This document shows, in pieces, positions 51,966 to 64,000 of a stretch of 64,000 bases of DNA. The position numbers were made by a program, and so were the translations under genes. The DNA is from the human T2T-CHM13v2.0 reference genome, Homo sapiens. Each line of letters begins with the position of its first letter. Position 1 is the stretch's first letter. The notes under the pieces are model-generated. The model did no database searches and was not told the DNA's origin. It saw only the letters and a list, made by a program, of their open reading frames with translations. Where the stretch lies: positions 22,176,001 through 22,240,000 of the forward strand of contig CP086569.2 of NCBI GenBank assembly GCA_009914755.4. Reading direction: 5' to 3'.

Positions 51966-52360
51966 TGTTATATGCTAGCAAAATGATGATGCAAGGATAG
52001 AAGTTATCTAAAGACAGATATTGCCTGTTTGAAAAGCCCAACCAAAAAATAAACTAACACTGATTTTTTAAAAAGCCATATATAGCATGAGGAATGAGGA
52101 CATCTTGTTTTTGTTATTACTGCTGTTTCATTCAAGAAAAGGAAAACTAGGACAAAATTTATTCCTATGTATACAGGTAACAGCAGCTCAACACAATCAA
52201 TGGATATCTACACTGATTTGAGTGAAAAATGCAGGACCCCATTTAAATGGAAATATGTTATTTTAAAATCAAAAAAGCTAAAGTTTTAAGCATTCCAATT
52301 CACAATGTGAATTGTGTCTTTTTTATATAAAATGAGATAATGTAAGTAAGACACGTGTTT

Positions 52361-52490
52361 TAATTGTTATTGCTACTGAGGTTATCATCACTGTTCTTGT
52401 TAATGCTACTTTTAATTTTCTAATTGCTATTACTACTGAGATTATCATCACTGTTCTTTTTAATATTACTTAATTTTAATTTTCCTGTAT
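52361..52490 (+). repeat. Local tandem duplication (about 60 bp unit, 2 copies)
   Basis: taattgttattgctactgaggttatcatcactgttcttgttaatgctactttt / taattgctattactactgagattatcatcactgttctttttaatattactt. Confidence 0.6.
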
Positions 52491-54700
52491 AGGCCTTAGT
52501 CTAACACTTTTTTACCAAATGCTTGTTTGGCAAAACTATTTTTTTTTTTTTTAGGTAATGAGTATAAAAGTTAGTGTATCAATAATGCTGCCTAATTATC
52601 CATACCAAAACTTGGTGGCATTTTATAGTAAGCATGTATTTTTTGCCTTTGTAATTGCAGATGAAGAGGGATTTTTTACTCTTCTAGGCTTAGTTGGACT
52701 TGGTTTTGTCTCAGTGCACTCTAATGTGTTCTCTTTAAACGTAAAGCTAAGTTATTTTCTACTTGTAAAGAAAAGCAGGAAGGCAAGAGGGTGAGTTCAA
52801 TTGCCAAACACATTTCACGACCTTCCTTGTTTCCCACGTCTGAGCATCCCATTGGCCCCTACCAGGAAGCAAGGAGCAGGAAAGCAGAATTCTGCCATGG
52901 AAAGTATGAATATGTGCTAAGCAATAGGACTATTAATTTTAAATAATAAGCTGTCAGGTGGTTTTTATTCTGTGAAGAATTAGATTGCAAGTGACTTGTA
53001 CATGTTACCTTTCTACATGTACACCCAGAAAGCTTTATCCTTTGCTCCTGATTTTAAGGGTGTTCAATTGTCATGTCTTTTTCTCACTTCCACTGGCTGT
53101 ATTCCTCCACTCTTCTAACCATCCTCCTACTTATTTTAGAATCAAAGTGAATTATGTCTTGCCAGTCAGAGTTTATTAATCTTGGATCCTGCAAATATAA
53201 AGATTGTTATACATCTTCCTAGTTCTTTTGGTATTATTATTATTATTGGAAAATGTATACCTTTTTTAAAATAACTAAAATGAAATAATTTTGTAACATA
53301 ATCCATTTTACAATGAGAAATTCCCTCTCAAACACATGCACACATAAATATTCTACATGGCAAATTTATTATAATTCAAATTAACATGAAATATTAAATT
53401 TAATTTACATGGTTATTAGGGATTATGTTTTGTCAAATACAAGGTAAGTTGAAATGTTAAGATTTTTTCTCTTTTTGTCACAAAATTGCCAAACACACGT
53501 GCCAAAGTATTAACACACAGTATCATACATATGAGATTCCATTTAACAAATTTTGACATTAATTCATTGTTTGATTCAAAAATTTCTTCCTATTTTAATA
53601 AAGATACACATTGGAACTTTATCTGTTCTGCACCTTTTTAAGGCTTCTTTTAATAATGAACTTAAAAATTAAATTTTTAGGTGGAGCCAAGATGGCCGAA
53701 TAGGAAAAGCTCCATTCTACAGCTCCCAGAATGAATGAAGCAGAAGGCGGATGATTTCTGCATTTCCAACTAAGGTACTGGGTTCATCTCACTGGGGAGT
53801 GTCAGACAGTGGGTGCAGGATGGTGGGTGCAGCGCACCGAGCATGAGCTGAAGCAGGATGAGGCATCACCTCACCCAGGAAGCACAAGGGGTCAGGGAAT
53901 TCCCTTTCCTAGTCAAAGAAAGGGGTGACAGATGGCACCTGGAAAATCAGGTCACTCCCACCCTAATACTGCACTTTTCTAGCAGTCTTAGCAAATGGCA
54001 TACCAGGAGGTTATATCCTGTGCCTGGCTCAGAGGGTCCTATGCCCATGGAGCCTCATTCATTGCTAGCCCAGCAGTCTGAGATCAAACTGCAAGGCAGC
54101 AGCGAGGCGGGGGGAGGGGCACCCACGATTGCTGAGGCTTGAGTAGGTAAACAAAACAGCCAGGAAGCTTGAATTGGATGGAGCCCACTGCAGCTCAAGG
54201 AGGCCTGCCTGCTTCTGTAGACTCCACCTCTGGGGGCAGGGCATAGCCAAACAAAAGGCAGCAGAAAACCCTGCAGAATTAAATGTCCCTGTCTGACAGA
54301 TTTGAAGACAGCAGTGGTTCTCTCAGCATGCAGCTGGGTATCTGAGAATGGACAGACTGCCTCCTCAAGTGGGTCCCTGACCCCTGAGTAGCCTAAATGG
54401 GAGGCACCCCCCAGTAGGGGCAGACTGACACCTCACATGCCCGGGTTCTCCTCTGATACAAAACTTCCAGAAGAACATCAGGCAGCAACATTTGCTGTGC
54501 ACCAATATCTGCTGTTCTGCAGCCTCTGCTGCTGATACCCAGGCAAACGGGGTCTGGAGTGGACCTCCAGGAAACTCCAACATACCTGCAGCTGAGGATC
54601 CTGACTGTTAGAAGAACTCACAAACAGAAAGGACATCCACACCAAAACTCCATCTGTATGTCACCATTATCAAAGACCAAAGGAAGATAAAACCACAAAG

Positions 54701-55486
54701 ATGGGGAAAAAACAGAGCAGAAAAACTGGAAACTCTAAAAATCAGAGTGCCTCTCCTCCTCCAAAGGAACGCAGCTCCTCACAAGCAATGCAACAAAGCT
54801 GGATGGAGAATGACTTTGATGAGCTGAAAGAAGGCTTCACATGATCAAACTACTCCATGCTAAAGGAGGAAGTTCAAACCTACGGCAAAGAAGTTAAAAA
54901 TGTTGAAAAGAAATTAGACAAATGGCTAACTAGAATAACCAATGCAGAGAAGTCCTTAAAGGACCTGATGGAGCTGAAAATCACGGCACGAGAACAATGT
55001 GATGAATGCACAAGCCTTAGTAGCTGATTCGTGCAACTGGAAGAAAGGGTATCAGTGATGGAAGATCAAATTAATGAAATGAAGTGAGAAGAGAAGTTTA
55101 GAGAAAAAAGAATAAAAAGAAACCAACAAAGCCTCCAAGAATTATGGGAGTATGTGAAAAGACCAAATCTATGTCTGACAGGTGTACCTGAAAGTGACGG
55201 GGAGAATGGAACCAAGTTGGAAAACACTCTGCAGGATATTATCCAGGGGAACTTCACCAATCTAGCAAGGCAGTCCAACATTCAAATTCAGGAAATACAG
55301 AGAATTCCACGAAGATACCCCTCGAGAAAAGCAACTCCAAGACACATAATTGTCAGACTCACCAAAGTTGAAATGAAGGAAAAAAGGTTAAGGGCAGCCA
55401 GAGAGAAAGGTCAGGTTACCCACAAAGGGAAGCCCATCAGACTAACAGCTGATGTCTTGGCAGAAACTCTACAAGCCAGAAGATAG
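54701..55486 (+). pseudogene. L1 ORF1 remnant (interrupted by in-frame stops)
   Basis: L1 ORF1p-like translation with premature stops (for example tga about 54840); the track ORF 55154-55486 is its C-terminal part (...RPNLCLTGVPESDGENGTKLENTLQDIIQGNFTNLARQSNIQIQEIQRIPRRYPSRKATPRHIIVRLTKVEMKEKRLRAAREKGQVTHKGKPIRLTADVLAETLQARR). Confidence 0.8.
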
Positions 55487-55769
55487 TGGGGGTCAATGTT
55501 CAACATTCTTAAAGAAAAGAATTTTCAACACAGAATTTCATATCCAAACTAAGCTTCATAAATGAAGGAGAAATAAAGTCCTTTACACACAAGCAAATGC
55601 TGATTTTGTCACCACCAGGCCTGCCCTAAAAGAGCTCCTGAAGGAAGCCCTAAACCTGGAAAGGAACAACTAGTACCAGCCATGGCAAAAACATGCCAAA
55701 TTGTAAAGACCATTGAGGCTAGGAAGAGACTGCATCAACTAATGAACAAAATAACCAGCTAACATCATA

Positions 55770-59584
<3,815 letters not shown>

Positions 59585-59942
59585 AACAATGAGAACACAT
59601 GGACACAGGAAGGGGAACATGACACACTGGGGCCTGTTGTTGGGTGTGGGGAGTGGTAAGGGATAGCATTAGGAGATATACCTAATGTTAAATGACGAGT
59701 TAATGGGTGCAGCAAACAAAAATGGTGCATGTATATATATGGAACAAATCTGCACATTGTGCACATGTATCCTAAAACTTAAATATAAAGAAAAAAAATT
59801 AAATGTTTATTTTTAATATTATTGCTGGCATAGTCTCATTTTTATAAATAGGTGTCCTGTTCTTTAAATGATGATGTATGATACACAGGGAGCAGGATAA
59901 CCTAGAGCTTTTACATTTTATTTTATATATATTTCATATATA

Positions 59943-60227
59943 TTTTTGAGACAGGGTCTCACTGGGTCACCCAGGCAGGAGTGCAGTGGCACAATCTCAG
60001 CTCACTGCAATCTCCTCCTTTGGGTTCAAGTGATTCTTCTTTCTCAGCCTCCTGAATAGTTGGACCAAAGACATTGACCACCATGCCCAGCTAATTTTTG
60101 TATTTGTAGTAGAAATGGGGTTTTGCCATATTACCCAGGCTGGGCTTGAACTCCTGACCTCAAGTGATCCACCCGACTCAGCCTCACAAAGTGCTTGGAT
60201 TACAGATGTGAGCCATCGCGCCTGGTG
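59943..60227 (-). mobile_element. Alu (full length, old)
   Basis: tttttgagacagggtctcactgggtcacccaggcaggagtgcagtggcacaatctcagctcactgcaatctcc...ctcacaaagtgcttggattacagatgtgagccatcgcgcctgg. Confidence 0.85.
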
Positions 60228-60858
60228 TTTTGCTAATTTTGTTTTGATCTTATGTATAGTTGCTTGCAGCAAAAGAGCCAGTAATTAATCAACACATCAT
60301 AGATATACACAACTAAATTTCCAAGAGGAATATGTTTCCAAGATCAAGTAAGTTACTATGGAAACTTATTAACAAAGTCCTCATTCAAGAGGATTGCAGA
60401 AACTGAACTATGCTCATCGAGATTAGTGTCATAATGTGGTACAAAGACACTGAATAAGATTATATGATTAACGTTTTGTTGCAGTTGCAGGTCGACTTTC
60501 ATTGCTTAAACCACCTACAGTGCCCCACTCAAACTTGAATGGAAGTGAGGCAGTCAGAATTTGGAGGAAGGCCCAGCAAGAACAATCAGAGCCCAAGGAC
60601 AGAATCCTGGATTTGCCTATGGTGCTTTATGATCTTTCACAAGGTAACTGTGAAATGATCAGTGTAGACAGCATATCTTCTGTCATAAATTAGATATTTC
60701 AACCAAATTTATTCTCTTAAATTTATCTGTCCTTACTCTAAATAGTTAAATCCACTATATTGAAGATTTAAAGTTGAATCCAAAGAGTCTTTAATGTTAC
60801 AAAGAAATATGAAGTTACCTTAAGTTAAAATTGTTTACTGGATATTAAAATAACTATG

Positions 60859-61195
<337 letters not shown>

Positions 61196-63899
61196 TTAAT
61201 GTTGACATAAATAATGTTATCTCAGGATTATATTTTAATGTGTGCTTCAATAATGATCTCTCCATTGGAAGCCTCTAGGAGAGAAGGAATCATTGAGTTT
61301 CAATCACACAAATATTTCCAGAGACAGACACACATTTGCTTTGAAAAGTGTGCTTTTTTACAGTTTTCACTGGAGGTAATGAATATCTGACAGTAAAGAA
61401 CAACTTTTGTAATTCCTAAATACCTGACTAGTAGTATCATTTTTATATATAATATATTTATTTTCATTCATCAGGAATTAATCATGCACCTACCTTAATA
61501 CCAACCCAGCAAAGTTAAAATCATACGGTACCTAAAAATATAAACAGTATTCTACTTAAGTAGAACTTGCTATCATGCTGATGTTGGGTTTCCATCTATT
61601 CCTCTGAAACAACAAAGAGGTTATTGCTTTCAACATATGCAGTTGCTAGTTTCTGTTACCATTGTTAAAAAAGGACTCATTTGACAATTTTTTGATACTT
61701 TCTAAACTAGAAAGCTTATTAGTTTTACTTTACACCACCATACAGCACATATTGCTACTAAATAAATGATTTGTCACCAAATAATGGAATCTGTAATTTG
61801 TAGGAAGAACAGAAACCTAGGCTCCAGGTATCCCAAAGTAGAAATCCTCCTAGGAGGTATAGTAATTTGGAGCTCTGCCATAGTTGATTAGTGATGAAGA
61901 GATCCATAAAGCTTTGTGGGAGGTACTGCATCTGTGACATTGTGTCTAGCAAGAATAAGGGATACTCAAGATACATGCTAGTTTCACTTATTTCAGTTTA
62001 TACCCATGAATCAATGACACAACTCTTCAAAATGTGGTGGATCAGCTACACACAAGACAGGAAGAATAAGATATGACTGGATACTCTGTTTCACACATTA
62101 TGGATTTAATCCTCAAACACATCCAAATGAATACAGTTGGAATAATGGCTATCCACTTCTGGGTAAAATAAAACGCATTGTAAACCTTAGCTTTTTAGTT
62201 AAAACGTAAGTATAGTATTAACCATTTTTGTTCATTCCATCTTTTAACTTCATTGCAATGAAGAGAATAGTGGATGACATACAGACCATCAGTTTCCTGC
62301 ATTTTGAGTAAAATTATAAAGGATGATTTATTGCACTTTCTTGGAGAAGCAAATTAATTTTCACAACTTTTCTAGGTTTCTCATTGCCAGCTGATCACTT
62401 CTTATAAAGAAATAGAAGACAGTTCTGCTCTATTTAAAAAGGACATTATCAATTGGTCTCAATTTTTGTCTTCTGTTTTAACTGAAGCCTTATTCAAGGA
62501 TATTCAAGATATGCATTGTCTGTTTTTGTTTTGTTTTGTTTAAGTAGGAACTATGGAGCCAGAAAAAGGTGCCTTGCTGATGAGTTAAAGTTAACAGAGG
62601 CTATACTGGTCTTACGGAAGATCCAGGGGGCAGATTGGCCAGGAAAGAAGGGCCATGGTCATGAGCCATTAAAGTGTTCCCCTCAGGGTGCATTAATAAC
62701 AGCCGAGGCATTAGAGGGATTCCCTCTAGAGTCATCAGTTTTGATTATTTAAGTCTTTTTCCCCCTGTTGACATATAGACAGACACAAAGCTAGGGAACC
62801 AGTAACTCTACTCTAGTTACTGTAGGTGCTGGTGTAAAATCACAAGTCTCCAAAGCCACTTGTAAATACAGGACCCATCTGACTAAAGAGTGTTCCTCTT
62901 GGGAAATACGCTGTATTATCAAAAGGAGGAATTTTGTGAATTGATACTACAGTTTAAACTCAGTGTACTGGTTCTTCTGAAGTTCTTATAATTATAGATT
63001 GAAGTGATGATGGTTTGTTTTATTCTAACTCATTGAAGGTCCAGTTATTCCCTTCTACCACCCCCAAAAATGTATCCTAAAAACTGAAACAAAGTGATAG
63101 TACTGTTTTGGAAAAGCCCATCCCACACCAAGATTTATTTTGACAAAAATAGTTTCAGTGATTCCTCACTGATGGCAATCAAAGTATCGGCTGTAATTTT
63201 GTAAAGATTTATGAAGTTCCAATTAGATCCATCACTGCAGTTAGAAAAGCAGTCTCATCTACATTGTTGGAAAAAAAAGCAGTCTCATCTACATTTCTAG
63301 AAAGGGGAGATGGCTGGTAAGGTCCAATTGGAAAAGCATTCAGAAGACAAGAAGGTGAATTAGCAAAGTGGAAAGAGATGTTGAATGAAAAATATGCAAA
63401 TTTTTTATGACAAACTGCTTGTAAATCGTAGGTTATGTATAATTTGAAACATAGAAGATTGATGGCCCTACATCAAACTTAGTGCCAGAGTAAAACAAAA
63501 GGAGACGTGTGCCACTGTGGTCTTTCCTGAAATACAAAGTTCCAAAAATAAATAAATAAATAAACAAACAAACATAGAAATAATAAACTGAGAGGCTGAG
63601 AGTGAATAAGGGATTGATGGTCAATAAGACTATCTGGAAGTCACCAAAGAAATAAGACCATAAACAAAAAATGGACCATGTTTAAAAAGCTTCAGGAACA
63701 TGATCAGGTCATGCCATATGGTGCAAGTTGGGTTTGACTGGTTCAGTTGAAGCCAGAACCTACAAATAATGTATGGATAACAGAGATCCACTTCCATTTA
63801 CACTTACTGCATAGCACAAATTTTGGCTTTCTTATTTAATGAAATAATGCAGTAACCGAGTTCATGCTGATGACAAGCTTTATCTTTAGCTTTTTGTGA

Positions 63900-63972
63900 C
63901 ACCTCCCTTCCTCCCTCCCTCCCTCCCTTCCTTCCTTCCCTTTCTTCCTTCCTTCATTCCCTCCTTCTTTGC
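63900..63972 (+). repeat. (CCTTCC/CCCT)n polypyrimidine simple repeat
   Basis: cacctcccttcctccctccctccctcccttccttccttccctttcttccttccttcattccctccttctttgc. Confidence 0.8.
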
Positions 63973-64000
63973 TCATTTTTAACGAGAAGTCCAATTGAAC

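Noticed and set aside
60502-60693. 63 aa ORF ending at a good splice-donor-like site (caag|gtaactg)
   Set aside because: I recognise no protein similarity and there is no upstream promoter or partner exon evidence, so it is probably chance. BLASTX would settle it.
62516-62752. 78 aa ORF (MSVFVLFCLSRNYGARKRCLADELKLTEAILVLRKIQGADWPGKKGHGHEPLK...)
   Set aside because: No recognisable domain and it is AT-rich context; it may be a fragment of an old retroelement gag-like sequence, but I could not support that.

Overview
This window reads as primate (human-like) genomic DNA, and almost all of it is interspersed-repeat sequence; it is not a prokaryotic locus and no defence or CRISPR system is present. 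I counted about 24 Alu copies or fragments of mixed age, several with intact target-site duplications. Other repeats include a minus-strand solo LTR12 (HERV9 LTR) sitting inside a MaLR LTR that itself sits inside an old L1, a partial class I ERV provirus, a 2.1 kb minus-strand L1 3' fragment facing a 6.1 kb full-length but mutated plus-strand L1PA, old L1M fragments and several simple repeats. The only gene-like locus is an intron-containing, decayed RBMY-family (RBMX/RBMY, hnRNP G-like) pseudogene on the + strand, with a CpG-rich promoter region at about 9300-9790 and exons from about 9700 to the original stop at 18154. The first coding exon is intact, one SRGY-box exon is recognisable, and the C-terminus matches RBMY (...SRSEKGDSSRY). 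Its disruptions are frameshifts, two CGA->TGA nonsense codons, and three retroelement insertions inside coding exons: an AluY and an L1 3' fragment, both with clean target-site duplications, and an older AluJ. This points to a Y-chromosome RBMY2-type pseudogene, which is an inference. Other structure worth a second look: a roughly 2.3 kb degenerate AT-rich minisatellite with an embedded poly(A) (24100-26400), a second degenerate periodic array (26430-27300), a roughly 190 bp inverted repeat pair at about 98% identity 4.4 kb apart (26515-26712 versus 31046-31215), and a 236 bp tandem duplication that captures an Alu 5' junction (32352-32822). All coordinates are read by eye from the sequence and are approximate to within about 10 bp unless a junction is quoted.
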